Source: the human T2T-CHM13v2.0 reference genome, Homo sapiens
NCBI RefSeq assembly: GCF_009914755.1
Contig: NC_060933.1
Direction: 5' to 3' (one strand)
DNA length: 64,000 bases
Within the stretch, counting starts at the first letter, position 1. The number at the start of each line of letters is the position of its first letter. This document shows, in pieces, positions 13,940 through 30,100 of this stretch. Made by a program: the position numbers and the translations under genes. The notes below the pieces were generated by a model that made no database searches, was not told the origin of the DNA, and was given only the letters and a program-made list of their open reading frames with translations.

Positions 13940-16210
13940 CATTCCATTCCATTCCATTCCATTCCATTCCTTTCCGTTCCATTCCATTACATTCGGATTG
14001 ATTATATTCAATTCCCTTACACTCCATTACATTCTATTCCATTCGTGTTGTTTCCATTCTATTCCATTCCATTCCAGTCCATTCCATTGCACTCTGGTTG
14101 ATTCCATTCCATTCCCTTCCATTCCGTATGACTCCATTCCATTTCATTCCATTCCATTGCATTCCCCTGCACTGGAGTTGATTACATTCCATTCCATTCC
14201 CTTCCTTTCCGTTCCATTCGATTCTATCCGGGTTAATTCCATTCCATTCCATTCCATTCCATTCCATTCCATTGCAATCGAGTTGATTCCATTCCATTCC
14301 ATTCCATTCCATTCCATTCCATTCCATTCCATTCCGGATGATTCCATTCCATTGCCTTCCATTCCATTCCATTACCATGCACTCGGGTTGTTTCCATTCC
14401 ATTCCATTCCATTCCATTCCATTCCATTTCGTTCCATTCGATTCTATTCCGTACCATTCAATTCCATTCCATTCCATGCCATTCCATTCCATTCCAGTCC
14501 ATGCCATTCCACTCGGGTTGATTTCATTCCTTTCCATTCCATTCGAGTTGTATCCTTTGCATTCCATTCCATTCCATTCGATTCCATTCCATTGCACACG
14601 GGTTCATTCCATTCCATTCCATTCCATTCCATTCCATTCCATTTTGTTCCATTCCATTCTATTCCGTACCATTCCATTCCATTCCATTCCATTCCAGTCC
14701 ATTCCATGCCATTCCACTCGGGTTGATTCCATTCCTTTCCATTCCATTTGGGTTGAATCCATTCCATTCCATTCCATTCCATTCGATTCCATTACATTAC
14801 ACTTGGGTTCATTCCATTCCATTCCATTCTATTCCATTTCATTCCATTCCATTCCATTCCATTCCATTCCATTCCATTCCATTCCATTCCATACCATTCC
14901 ATTCCATTCCATTCCATGCCATTCCACTCGGGTTGATTCCATTCCTTTCCATTCCTTTCGAGTTGAACCCATTCCATTCCATTCCATTCCATTCCATTCC
15001 ATTGCACACGGGTTCATTCCATTCCATTCCATTCCATTCCATTTCGTTTTTTTCCATTCTATTCCATACCATTCCATTCCATTCCATTCCATTCCATGCC
15101 ATTCCACTCGGGTTTATTCCATTCCTTTCCATTCCATTCGGGTTCAATCCATTCCATTCCCTTCCATTCCATTTGATTCCATTCCATTGCACTCGGGTTG
15201 ATTCCATTCCATTCCATGCCATTCCATTTCATTCAATTCCATTCCATTCCATTCCATTCTATTCCGTTCCATTCCATTCCATTACATTCGTATTGATTCT
15301 TTTTAATTCCCTTACACTCCATTACATTCCATTCCATTCGGGTACTTTCCATTCCATTCCATTCCATTCCACTGCATTCTATTGCACTCGGGTTGATTGA
15401 TTCCATTCCATTGCATTCCATTCCATTCCATTCCCCTGAACTCGGGTGGATTCCATTCCATTCCATTCCATTCCATTCCGTTCCATTCCATTCCATTCCA
15501 TTCCATTCTGTTCAGGTTAATTCCATTCCATTCCATTCCCTTCCATTCCATTCCATTCTATTCCATTCCATTCCATTCCATTCCCCTGCACTCAGTTTGA
15601 TTCCATTCCATTCCATTCCATTCCATTCCGTTCCATTCCATTCCAATCCATTCTATTCGCATTAATTCCATTCAATTCCATTCCATTACATTCCATTGCA
15701 ATCGAGTTGATTCCATTCCATTCCATTCCATTCCATTCAAGTCCTTTCCATTCCATTCCACTCGTGTTGATTCCATTTTATTAGTTTCCATTCCATTCCA
15801 TTCCCTTCCATTCCACTCTGGTTGATTCCATTCCTTTCCATTCTACTCGAATGCATTCCCTTCTATTCCACTCTGATTGATTCCATTCCATTCTGTTCCA
15901 TTCCATTCCATTTCGTTCCATTCCATTCTATTCCATTCCATTCCATTCCATTCCTTTCCATTCCACTCCGTTCCATTCCATTCCATTCCATTCCATTTCT
16001 TTCCATTCCATTCTATTCCATACCATTCCATTCCATTCCGTTCCATGCCATTCCACTCGGGTTGATTCCATTGCTTTCCATTCCATTTGGGTTGAATCCA
16101 TTCCATTCCATTCCATTCCATTCCATTCCATTCCATTCCATTCCATTCCATTGCATTCCATTCCATTGCACTAGGATTGATTCCATTCCACTGCATTCCA
16201 TTCCATTCCA
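13940..16210 (+). repeat. ~2.3 kb segment, copy 1 (copy 2 at ~21870-24170)
   Basis: actggagttg at 14171/22071; tatcctttgc at 14551/22541; atttcgtttttttcc at 15041/23021; ttcccctgaactcgggtgga at 15431/23411; ctaggattga at 16171/24131. Confidence 0.88.
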
Positions 16211-16399
16211 TTCCATTCCATTCCGTTCCCTTCCATTCCACTCTGGTTGATTCCATTCCTTTCCATTCCACTCGAATACATTCCCTCCTATTCCACTCGG
16301 AACGATTCCATTCCATTCCATTCCATTCCATTCCATTCCATTCCATTCCATTCCATTTCGTTCCATTACATTCTATTCCGTATCATTCCATTCCATTCC

Positions 16400-18180
16400 A
16401 CTCGTGTTGATTCCATTCCTTTCCATTCCATTCGGTTTAAAGGCATTCCATTCCATTCCATTGCATTCCATCCCATTCCATTCCATTCCAATCCGTTGCA
16501 TTCCATTCCATTACATTCGGATTGATTCTATTCAACTCCCTTACTCTCCATTACATTCCATTCCATTCGGGTTGTTCCATTCCATTCCATTCAATTCCAC
16601 TCCATTCCATTGCACTCGGGTTGATTCCATTCCTTTCCATTCCATTCCATTCCATTCCGGATGATTCCATTCCATTGCATTCCGTTCCATTACATTCCCC
16701 TGCACTCGCGTTGATTCCATTCCATTCCATTCCATTCCATTCCATTCAATTCCATTCTATTACAATTCGTTCCATTCCATTCTATTCCGTACCATTCCAT
16801 TCCATTCCATACCATTCCATTCTATTCCATTCCATTCCATTCCATTTCGTTCCATTCCGTTCCATTCCATTCCATTCCATTCTATTCGGGTTAATTCCAT
16901 TCCATTCCATTCCATTCCATTCCATTCCATTCCAATCTATTCCAGTCGATTGCAATCGAGTTGAATCCATTGCATTTCATTCCATTCCATTCCATTCCAT
17001 TCCATTGCAATCGAGTTGAGTCCATTGCATTTCATTCCATTCCATTCCATTCCATTCCATTCCGGAAGATTCCATTCCATTGCATTCCATTCCATTCCAT
17101 TCCCCTGCACTCGCGTTGATTCCATTCCATTCCATTCCATTCCATTCCATTCCGTTCCGTTCCGTTCCGTTCCATTTCATTCCATTCCATTCCATTCCAT
17201 TCCGTTCCGTTCCATTCCATTCCATTCCATTCTATTCGGGTTAATTCCATTCCATTCCATTCGATTGCAATCGAGTTGATTCCATTCCATTCCATTCCAA
17301 TCCATTCCATTCCAATCGAGTTGATTCCATTCCATTCCATTCCATTCCATTCCACTCCATTCCAGTCCTTTCCATTCCATTCCACTCGGGTTGATTCCAT
17401 TCTATTCCTTTCCATTCCATTCCATTCCATTGCAATCGAGTTGATTCCATTGCTATGCATTCCATTCCATTCCATTCCATTCCGGATGATTCCATTCCAT
17501 TGCATTCCATTCCATTCCATTTCCCTGCACTCGGGTTGATTCCATTCCATTCCACTCCATTCCCTTCCATTCCATTCCATTCCATTGTATTCGGGTTAAT
17601 TCCATTCCATGCCATTTCATTCCATTCCATTCCATTCCATTCCATTCTATTACAATCGAGTTGATTCCATTCCATTCCATTCCATTCCATTCCATTCCAT
17701 TCCAGTCCTTTCCATTCCATTCCACTCGGGTTGATTCCATTCTATTAGTTTCCATTCCATTCCATTCCCTTCCATTCCACTCTGGTTGATTCCATTCCTT
17801 TCCATTCCACTCGAATACATTCCCTCCTATTCCACTTGGAACGATTCCATTCCATTCCATTCCATTCCATTCCATTCCATTCCATTCCATTCCATTCCAT
17901 TTCCTTCCATTCCATTCTATTCCGTACCATTCCATTCCATTCCATTCCTTTCCATTCCATTCCATTCCATTCCACTCTTGTTGATTCAATTCCTTTCCAT
18001 TCCATTCGGTTTGAAGGCATTCCATTCCATTAAATTCCATTCCATTCCATTCCATTCCATTCCATTCCATTGTACTCGGGTTGATTCCATTCCATTGCAT
18101 TCCATTCCATTCCATTCCATTCCATTCCGTTGCATTCCATTCCATTACATTCGGACTGTTTCTATTCAACTCTCTTACTC
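16400..18180 (+). repeat. Second subtype B island within the left arm
   Basis: aactcccttactctcc near 16534, tacaattcgttcc at 16761, attccggaagattcc at 17059, ctcgaatacattccctccta near 17810. Boundaries approximate. Confidence 0.7.
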
Positions 18181-21100
18181 TCCATTCCATTCCATTCCAT
18201 TCCATTCCATTCCATTCCATTCCATTTCGTTCCATTCCACTCTATTCCGTACCATTCCATTCCATTCCTTTCCATTCCAATCCATGCTATTCCACTCGGG
18301 TTGATTCCATTCCTTTCCATTCCATTCGAGTTGAATCCATTCCATTCCATTCAATTCCATTCGATTCCATTCCATTGCACACGGGTCCATTCCATTCCAT
18401 TCCATTCCATTCCATTCCATTCCATTTCGTTCCATTCTATTCTATTCCGTACCATTCCTTTCCATTCCATTCCATTCCTTTCCATTCCATTCGGGTTGAA
18501 TCCATTCCTTTCCATTCCATTCCGTTCAATTCCATTCCATTGAACTCGGGTTGATTCCATTCCATTCCATGCCATTCCATTTCATTCCGTTCCATTCCAT
18601 TCCATTACATTCGGATTGATTCTTTTCAATTCCCTTACACTCCATTACATTCCATTCCATTCGGGTAGTTTCCGTTCCATTCCATTCCATTCCACTCCAT
18701 TGCATTGCACTCGGGTTGATTGATTCCATTCCATTGCATTCCATTCCATTCCATTCCATTCCGGATGAATCCATTCCATTGCATTCCACTCCATTCCATT
18801 CCCCTGCACTCGGGTTGATTCCATTCCATTCCATTCCATTCCATTCCGTTCCATTCCATTCCATTCCATTCCATTCTCTTCAGGTTAATTCCATTCCATT
18901 CCATTCCATTCCATTCCATTCCATTCCATTCCATTCCATTGCAATCGAGTTGTTTCCATTGCATTCCATTCCATTCCATTCCATTGCATTCCATTGCATT
19001 CCATTCCCCTGCACTCAGGTTGATTCCATTCCATTCCATTCCATTCCATTCCATTCCATTCCATTCCATTCCATTCCGGATGATTCCATTCCATTGCCTT
19101 CCATTCCACTCCATTCCCCTGCACTCGGGTTGATTCCATTCCATTCCATTCCATTCCATTCCATTCCATTCCATTCCATTCCATTTCGTTCCATTCCACT
19201 CTATTCCGTACCATTCCATTCCATTCCTTTCCATTCCAATCCATGCTATTCCACTCGGGTTGATTCCATTCCTTTCCATTCCATTCGAGTTGAATCCATT
19301 CCATTCCTTTCCGTTGCATTCCATTCCATTCCATTCCATTTCGTTCCATTCCATTCTATTCCGTACCATTCCATTCCATTCCATTCCATTCCATTCCATT
19401 CCATTCCATTCCATTCCGTTCCATTCCATTCCATGCCATTCCACTCGGGTTGATTCCATTGCTTTCCATTCCATTTGGGTTGAATCCATTCCATTCCATT
19501 CCATTCCATTCCATTCCATTCCATTCCATTCCATTGCACTAGGTTTGATTCCATTCCACTGCATTCCATTACATTCCATTCCATTCCGTTCCATTCCATT
19601 CCATTACATTCGGATTGATTGTATTCAATTCCCTTACAATCCATTTCATTCCATTCCATTCGGGTTGTTTCCATACCATTCCATTCCATTCTATTCCATT
19701 TCGTTCCATTCCATTCTATTCGGTACCATTCCATTCCATTCCATTCCATTCCATTCCATTCCATGCCATTCCACTTGGGTTGATTCCCTTCCTTTCCATT
19801 CCATTCGGGTTGAATCCATTCCATTCCATTCCATTCCATTCCATTCCATTCCATTCCTTTCCATTCCATTGCACACGGGTTGATTCCATTCCATTCCTTT
19901 CTGTTCCATTCCGGATGACTCCATTCCATTGCATTCCATTCCATTCCATTCCCCTGCCCTCGGGTTCATTACATTCCATTCCATTTACTTCCATTCCATT
20001 CCATTCCATTCAATTCCATTCTATTCGGGTTAATTCCATTCCATTCCATTCCATTCCATTCCATTCCATTCCATTGCATTCCATTGCATTCCATTGCAAT
20101 GGAGTTGATTCCATTCCATTCCATTCAATTCTGGATGATTCCATTCCATTGCCTTCAATTCCATTCCATTCCCCTGCACTCGGGTTGATTCCATTCCATT
20201 CCATTCCATTCCATTCCATTCCATTCCATTTCATTCCATTCCATTTCTTTCCATTCCATTCTTTTCCGTTCCATTCCATTCCATTCCATTCCATTACATT
20301 CCATTCCATTCCTTTCCTTTCCATTCTATTCGGGTTAATTCCATTCCATTCCATTCCATTCCATTCCTTTCCATTCCGTTCCATTCAATTCCATTACATT
20401 CGGATTGATTCTTTTTAATTCCCTTACACTCCATTACATTCTATTCCATTCGGGTAGTTTCCATACCATTCCATTCCATTCCACTGCATTCTATTGCACT
20501 CGGGTTGATTGATTCCATTCCATTGCATTCCATTCCATTCCATTCCATTCGGGATGATTCCATTCCATTGCATTCCATTGCATTCCATTCCCCTGTACTC
20601 GGGTTGATCCCATTCCATTGCATTCCATTCCATTCCATTCCATTCCATTCCATTCCGTTCCGTTCCATTCCATTCCCTTCCATTCTCTTCAGGTTAATTC
20701 CATTCCATTCCATTCCCTTCCATTCCATTCCATTCCATTCCATGCCATTCCACTCGGGTTGATTCCATTCCTTTCCATTCCATTCGAGTTGAACCCATTC
20801 CATTCCATTCCATTCCATTGCATTCCACTCGGGTTGATTCCATTCCTTTCCATTCCATTCGGGTTGAAACCATTCCATTCCATTCCATTCCTTTCGATTC
20901 CATTCCATTTCACTCGGGTTGATCCCATTCCATTGCATTCCATTCCATTCCATTGCATTCCATTCCGTTCCATTCCATTCCATTCCATTCGTATTGATTC
21001 TATTCAATTCCCTTACTCTCCATTACATTCCATTCCTTTCGGGTTGTTTCCATTCCATTCCATTCCATTCCACTCCATTCCATTTCAATCGGGTGATTCC

Positions 21101-21459
21101 ATTCCATTCCATTGCATTTCATTCCATTCCATTCCATTCCGTATGATTCCATGCCATTGCATTCCATTCCATTCCATTCCCTTGCACTCGGGTAGATTCC
21201 ATTCTATTCCATTCCATTCCATTCCATTCCATTCCATTCCATTATATTCGGGTTAATTTCATTCCATTCCATTCCATTCCCTTCCATTGCATTCCATTCC
21301 ATTCCATTCCATTCCATTGAAATCGAGTTGATTCCTTTCCATTCCATTCCATTCCATTCCATTCCATTCCATTCCATTCCATTCTATTCGGGTTAATTCC
21401 ATTCCATTCCATTCCATTCCATTCCCTTCCATTCCATTCTATTCCATTCCATTCCATTC

Positions 21460-21800
21460 CATTCTATTAGGGTTAATTCCATTCCATTCCATTCCATTCC
21501 ATTCCATCCCATTCCATTCCATTCCATTGCAATCGAGTTGATTCCATTCCATTCCATTCCATTCCATTCCATTCAATTCCATTGAACTCGGGTTAATTCC
21601 ATTCCATTCCATTCCATTCCATTCCCTTCCATTCCATTCTTTTCCATTCCATTCCATTCCATTCCATTCTATTAGGGTTAATTCCATTCCATTCCATTCC
21701 ATTCCATTCCATCCCATTCCATTCCATTCCATTGCAATCGAGTTGATTCCATTCCATTCCATTCCATTCCATTCCATTCAATTCCACTGAACTCGGGTTG
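21460..21800 (+). repeat. ~205 bp local duplication
   Basis: attagggtta at 21466/21671; atcccattcc at 21506/21711. Confidence 0.7.
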
Positions 21801-21869
21801 ATTCCATTACATTCCATGCCATTCCATTTCATTCCATTCCATTCCATTCCATTCCATTCCATTCCATTC

Positions 21870-24170
21870 CTTTCCGTTCCATTCCATTACATTCGGATTG
21901 ATTATATTCAATTCCCTTACACTCCATTACATTCTATTCCATTCGTGTTGTTTCCATTCTATTCCATTCCATTCCACTCCATTCCATTACACTCTGGTTT
22001 ATTCCATTCCATTCCCTTCCATTCCGTATGACTCCATTCCATTTCATTCCATTCCATTGCATTCCCCTGCACTGGAGTTGATTACATTCCATTCCATTCC
22101 CTTCCTTTCCGTTCCATTCCATTCTATTCGGGTTAATTCCATTCCATTCCATTACATTCCATTCCCTTCCATTCCATTCCATTCCATTCCATTCCATTCC
22201 ATTCCATTCGATTCTATACGGGTTAATTCCATTCCATTCCATTCCATTCCATTCCATTCCATTGCAATCGAGTTGATTCCATTCCATTCCATTCCATTCC
22301 ATTCCATTCCATTCCATTCCGGATGATTCCATTCCATTGCCTTCCATTCCATTCCATTACCATGCACTCGGGTTGTTTCCATTCCATTCCATTCCATTCC
22401 ATTCCATTCCATTCCATTTCGTTCCATTCGATTCTATTCCGTACCATTCAATTCCATTCCATTCCATGCCATTCCATTCCATTCCAGTCCATGCCATTCC
22501 ACTCGGGTTGATTTCATTCCTTTCCATTCCATTCGAGTTGTATCCTTTGCATTCCATTCCATTCCATTCGATTCCATTCCATTGCACACGGGTCCATTCC
22601 ATTCCATTCCATTCCATTCCATTTCGTTCCATTCCATTCTATTCCGTACCATTCCATTCCATTCCATTCCATTCCAGTCCATTCCATGCCATTCCACTCG
22701 GGTTGATTCCATTCCTTTCCATTCCATTTGGGTTGAATCCTTTCCATTCCATTCCATTCCATTCGATTCCATTACATTACACTTGGGTTCATTCCATTCC
22801 ATTCCATTCCATTCCATTTCATTCCATTCCGTTCCATTCCATTCCATGCCCTTCCATTCCATTCCATTCCATACCATTCCATTCCATTCCATTCCATGCC
22901 ATTCCACTCGGGTTGATTCCATTCCTTTCCATTCCTTTCGAGTTGAACCCATTCCATTCCATTCCATTCCATTCCATTCCATTGCACACGGGTTCATTCC
23001 ATTCCATTCCATTCCATTCCATTTCGTTTTTTTCCATTCTATTCCGTACCATTCCATTCCATTCCATTCCATTCCATGCCATTCCACTCGGGTTTATTCC
23101 ATTCCTTTCCATTCCATTCGGGTTCAATCCATTCCATTCCCTTCCATTCCATTCGATTCCATTCCATTGCACTCGGGTTGATTCCATTCCATTCCATGCC
23201 TTTCCATTTCATTCAATTCCATTCCATTCCATTCCATTCTATTCCGTTCCATTCCATTCAATTACATTCGTATTGATTCTTTTTAATTCCCTTACACTCC
23301 ATTACATTCCATTCCATTCGGGTACTTTCCATTCCATTCCATTCCATTCCACTGCATTCTATTGCACTCGGGTTGATTGATTCCATTCCATTGCCTTCCA
23401 TTCCATTCCATTCCCCTGAACTCGGGTGGATTCCATTCCATTCCATTCCATTCCATTCCGTTCCATTCCATTCCATTCCATTCTGTTCAGGTTAATTCCA
23501 TTCCATTCCATTCCCTTCCATTCCATTCCATTCTATTCCATTCCATTCCATTCCATTCCCCTGCACTCAGTTTGATTCCATTCCTTTCCATTCCATTCCA
23601 TTCCGTTCCATTCCATTCCAATCCATTCTATTCGCATTAATTCCATTCAATTCCATTCCATTACATTCCATTGCAATCGAGTTGATTCCATTCCATTCCA
23701 TTCCATTCCATTCAAGTCCTTTCCATTCCATTCCACTCGTGTTGATTCCATTTTATTAGTTTCCATTCCATTCCATTCCCTTCCATTCCACTCTGGTTGA
23801 TTCCATTCCTTTCCATTCTACTCGAATGCATTCCCTTCGATTCCACTCTGATTGATTCCATTCCATTCTGTTCCATTCCATTCCATTTCGTTCCATTCCA
23901 TTCTATTCCATTCCATTCCATTCCATTCCTTTCCATTCCATTCCGTTCCATTCCATTCCATTCCATTCCATTTCTTTCCATTCCATTCTATTCCATACCA
24001 TTCCATTCCATTCCGTTCCATGCCATTCCACTCGGGTTGATTCCATTGCTTTCCATTCCATTTGGGTTGAATCCATTCCATTCCATTCCATTCCATTCCA
24101 TTCCATTCCATTGCATTCCATTCCATTGCACTAGGATTGATTCCATTCCACTGCATTCCATTCCATTCCA
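21870..24170 (+). repeat. ~2.3 kb segment, copy 2 (offset ~7.9-8.0 kb)
   Basis: Same ordered set of rare variants as 13940-16210. Confidence 0.88.
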
Positions 24171-27100
24171 TTCCATTCCATTCCGTTCCATTCCATTCCA
24201 TTACATTCGTATTGATTGTATTCAATTCCCTTACACTCCATTACATTCCATTCCATTCGGGTTGTTTCCATTCCATTCCATTCCATTCCACTCCATTCCA
24301 TTGCAGTCGGGTTGATTCCATTCCATTCCATTCCATTCCCTTCCATTCCATTTCGTTCCATTCCATTCTATTCCATACCATTCCATTCCATTCCATTCCA
24401 TTCCATTCCATTCCATTCCATGCCATTCCACTCGGGTTGATTCCATTCCATTCCATTCCATTCGGGTTGAAACCATTCCATTCCATTCCATTCCATTCCA
24501 TTCCATTCCGGATGATGGCATTCCATTGCCTTCCATTCAATTGCATTCCCCTGCACCCGGGTTGATTCCATTCAATTACATTCCATTCCATTCCGTTCCA
24601 TTCCATTCCATACCATTCCATTCCATTCCATTCCATTCTATTCGGGTTAATTCCATTCCATTCCATTCAATTTCATTGCAATCGGGTTGATTCCATTCCG
24701 TTCCATTCCATTGCATTCCATTCCATTCCATTCCATTCCATTCCATTCCATTCCATTCCACTCGGGTTGATTCCATTCCTTTCCATTCCATTCGGGGTGA
24801 AGCCTTTCCATTCCATTCCATTCCTTTCGAATCCATTCCATTGCACTCGGGTTGATCCCATTCCATTGCATTCCATTCCATTCCATTACATTCCATTCCA
24901 TTCCATTCCGTTCCATTCAATTCCATTACATTGGGATTGATTATATTCAATTCCCTTACACTCCGTCACATTCCATTCCATTCGGGTTGTTTCCATTCCA
25001 TTCCATTCCATTCCATTCCATTCCATTCCATTCCATTCCGTATGATTCCATTCCATTGCATTCTATTCCATTCCATTCCCCTGCAGTCGTGTGGATTCCT
25101 TTCTATTCCATTCCATTCCATTCCATTCCATTCCATTCCATTCCATTGAAATCGAGTTGATTCCATTCCATTCCATTCCATTCCATTCCATTCCATTCCA
25201 TTCTATTCGGGTTAATTCCATTCCATTCCATTCCATTCCATTCCATTCCATTCCATTCCGGATGATTCCATTCCATTGCATTCCATTCCATTCCATTCCC
25301 CTGCACTCAGATTGATTCCATTCCATCCCATTCCTTTCCATTCCATTCCATTCCATTCTATTCGCGTTAATTCCATTCCATTCCATGCCATTCCATTACA
25401 TTCCATTGCAATCGAGTTGATTCCATTCCATTCCGTTCCATTCCATTCCATTCCATTCCATTTCGATCCATTCCATTCTATTCCGTACCATTCCATTCCA
25501 TTCCATTCCATTCCATTCCATTCCATTCCATGCCATTCCACTCGGGTTGATTCTATTGCTTTCCATTCCATTTGGGTTGAATCCAATCCATTCAATTGCA
25601 TTCCATTCCATTCCATTCCATTCCATTCCATTGCACTAGGTTTGATTCCATTCCACTGCATTCCATTCCATTCCATTCCGTTCCATTCCATTCCATTACA
25701 TTCGGATTGATTGTATTCAATTCCTTACACTCCATTACATTCCATTCCATTCGGGTTGTTTCCATTCCGTTCCATTCCATTCCATTCCATTCCATTGCAC
25801 TCAGGTTGATTGCATTCCATTCCATTCCATTCCATTCCATTCCATTTCGTTCCATTCCATTCTATTCCGTACCATTCCATTCCATTCCATTCCATTCCAT
25901 GCCATTCCACTCGGGTTTATTCCATTCCTTTCCATTCCATTCGGGTTAAATCCATTCCATTCCATTCCGTTCCATTCCATTCCATTCCATTCTGTTCAGG
26001 TTAATTCCATTCCATTCCTTTCCCTTCCATTCCATTCCATTCCATTCCATTGCAATCGAGTTTTTTCCATTGCATTCCATTCCATTACATTCCATTGCAT
26101 TCCATTCCATTCCATTCCCCAGCACTCAGGTTGATTCCATTCGATTCCATTCCATTCCATTCCATTCCATTCCATTCCGTTCCATTCCATTCCATTCCAT
26201 TCTATTCGCTTTAATTGCATTCCATTCCATTCCATTGCATTCCATTGCAATCGAGTTGATTCCATTCCTTTCCGTTCCATTCCATTCCATTCCATTCCAT
26301 TTCGTTCCATTCCATTCTATTCCGTACCATTCCATTCCATTCCATTCCATTCCATTCCATTCCGTTCCATTCCATTCCATGCCATTCCACTCACGTTGAT
26401 TCCATTGCTTTCCATTCCATTTGGGTTGAATCCATTCCATTCCATTCCATTCCATGCCATTCCATTCCATTCCATTGCACTAGGTTTGATTCCATTCCAC
26501 TGCATTCCATTCCATTCCATTCCATTCCGTTCCATTCCATTCCATTACATTCGGATTGATTGTATTCAATTCCCTTACAGTCCATTTCATTCCATTCCAT
26601 TCGGGTTGTTTCCATACCATTCCATTCCATTCTATTCCATTTCGTTCCATTCCATTCTATTCGGTACCATTCCATTCCATTCCATTCCATTCCATTCCAT
26701 GCCATTCCACTTGGGTTGATTCCCTTCCTTTCCATTCCATTCGGGTTGAATCCATTCCATTCCATTCCATTCCATTCCATTCCTTTCCATTCCATTGCAC
26801 ACGGGTTGATTCCATTCCATTCCTTTCTGTTCCATTCCGGATGACTCAATTCCATTGCATTCCATTCCATTCCATTCCCCTGCCCTCGGGTTCATTACAT
26901 TCCATTCCATTTACTTCCAATCCATTCCATTCCATTCAATTCCATTCTATTCGGGTTAATTCCATTCCATTCCATTCCATTCCATTCCATTCCATTCCAT
27001 TCCATTCCATTCCATTCCATTCCATTGCAATCGAGTTGATTCCATTCCATTCCATTCAATTCCATATGATTCCATTCCATTGCCTTCAATTCCATTCCAT

Positions 27101-30100
27101 TCCCCTGCACTCGGGTTGATTCCATTCCATTCCATTCCATTCCATTCCATTTCATTCCATTCCATTTCGTTCCATTCCATTCTATTCCGTTCCATTCCAT
27201 TCCATTCCATTCCATTCCATTCCTTTCCATTCTATTCGGGTTAATTCCATTCCATTCCATTCCATTCCATTCCATTCCGTTCCATTCAATTCCATTACAT
27301 TCGGATTGATTCTTTTTAATTCCCTTACACTCCATTACATTCTATTCCATTCGGGTAGTTTCCATACCATTCCATTCCATTCCACTGCATTCTATTGCAC
27401 TCGGGTTGATTGATTCCATTCCATTGCATTCCATTCCATTCCATTCCATTCCGGATGATTCCATTTCATTGCATTCCATTGCATTCCATTCCCCTGTACT
27501 CGGGTTGATCCCATTCCATTGCATTCCATTCCATTCCATTCCATTCCATTCCATTCCATTCCGTTCCATTCCATTCCCTTCCATTCTGTTCAGGTTAATT
27601 CCATTCCATTCCATTCCCTTCCATTCCATTCCATTCCATTCCATTCCATTCCATTCCATGCCATTCCACTCGGGGTGATTCCATTCCTTTCCATTCCATT
27701 CGAGTTGAACCCATTCCATTCCATTCGATTCCATTGCATTCCATTCCATTCCATTCCACTCGGGTTGATTCCATTCCTTTCCATTCCATTCGGGTTGAAA
27801 ACATTCCATTCCATTCCATTCCTTTCGATTCCATTCCATTTCACTCGGGTTGATCCCATTCCATTGCATTCCATTCCATTCCATTGCATTCCATTCCGTT
27901 CCATTCCATTCCATTACATTCGTATTGATTCTATTCAATTCCCTTACTCTCCATTACATTCCATTCCATTCGGGTTGTTTCCATTCCATTCCATTCCATT
28001 CCACTCCATTCCATTGCAATTGGGTTGATTCCATTCCATTCCATTGCATTCCATTCCATTCCATTCCATTCCGTATGATTCCAATCCATTGCATTCCATT
28101 CCATTCCATTCCCCTGCACTCGGGTGGATACTTTTCTATTCCATTCCATTCCATTCCATTCCACTCCATTCCATTCCATTCTATTCGGGTTAATTTCATT
28201 CCATTCCATTCCATTCCCTTCCATTGCATTCCATTCCATTCCATTCCATTCCATTGAACTCGAGTTGATTCCATTCCATTCCATTCCATTCCATTCCATT
28301 CCATTCCATTCCATTCCATTCCATTCTATTCGGGTTAATTCCATTCCATTCCATTCCATTCCATTCCCTTCCATTCCATTCTATTCCATTCCATTCCATT
28401 CCATTCCATTCTAGTAGGGTTAATTCCATTCCATTCCATTCCATTCCATTCCATTCCATTCCATTCCATTCCATTCCATTGCAATCGAGTTGATTCCCTT
28501 CCATTCCATTCCATTCCATTCCATTCCATTCAATTCCATTGAACTCGGGTTGATCCCATTCCATTCTATACCATTCCATTTCATTCCATTCCATTCCATT
28601 CCATTCCATTCCATTCCTTTCCGTTCTATTCAATTACATTCGTATTGATTCTATTCAATTCCCTTACACTCCAATACATTCTATTCCATTCGTGTTGTTT
28701 CCATTCTATTCCATTCCATTCCACTCCATTCCATTGCACTCTGGTTGATTCCATTCCATTCCCTTCCATTCCGTATGACTCCATTCCATTTCATTCCATT
28801 GCATTGCTTTCCCCTGCACTCGAGTTGATTACATTCCATTCCATTCCCTTCCTTTCCGTTCCATTCCATTCTATTCGGGTTAATTCCATTCCATTCCATT
28901 ACATTCCATTCCCTTCCATTCCATTCCATTCCATTCCATTCCATTCCATTCCATTCTATTCGGGTTAATTCCATTCCATTCCATTCCATTCCATTCCATT
29001 CCATTCCATTCCATTCCATTGCAATCGAGTTGATTCCATTCCATTCCATTCAATTCCATTCCATTCCATTCCGTTCCATTCCATTCCATTACATTCGGAT
29101 TGATTCTTTTTAATTCCCTTACACTCCATTCCATTCCATTCCATTCGGGTACTTTCCATTCCATTCCATTCCATTCCACTGCATTCTATTGCACTCGGGT
29201 TCATTGATTACATTCCATTGCATTCCATTCCATTCCATTCCCCTGCACTCGGGTTGATCCCATTTCATTGCATTCCATTCCATTCCATTCCATTCCATTC
29301 CATTCCATTCCGTTCCATTCCATTCCATTCCATTCTGTTCAGGTTAATTCCATTCCATTCCATTCCCTTCCATTCCGTTCCATTCCATTCCATTCCATTC
29401 TGTTCAGGTTAATTCCATTCCATTCCATTCCCTTCCATTCCATTCCATTCCATTCCATCCCATTGCAATCTAGTTGATTCCATTGCATTCCATTCCATTC
29501 CATTCCATTCCATTGCATTCCATTCCATTCCATTCACCTGCACTCAGATTGATTCCATTCCATCCCATTCCATTCCATTCCGTTCCATTCCATTCCATTC
29601 CATTCCATTTCGTTCCATTCCATTTTATTCTGTACCATTCCATTCAATTCCATTCCATTCCATTCCATTCCATGCCATTCCACTCGGGTTGATTCCATTG
29701 CTTTCCATTCCATTTGGGTTGAATCCAATCCATTCCATTCCATTCCATTCCATTCCATTCCATTCCATTCCATTCCATTGCACTAGGTTTGATTACATTC
29801 CACGGCATTCCATTCCATTCCATTCCGTTCCATTCCATTCCATTACATTCGGATTGATTGTATTCAATTCCCTTACACTCCATTACATTCCATTCCATTC
29901 GGGTTGTTTCCTTTCCATTTCATTCCATTCCACTCCATTCCATTGCACTCAGGTTGATTCCATTCCATTCCATTCCATTCCATTCCATTTCGTTCCATTC
30001 CATTCTATTCCGTACCATTCCATTCCATTCCATTCCATTCCATGCCATTCCACTCAGGTTTATTACATTCCTTTCCATTCCATTCGGATTGAATCCATTC

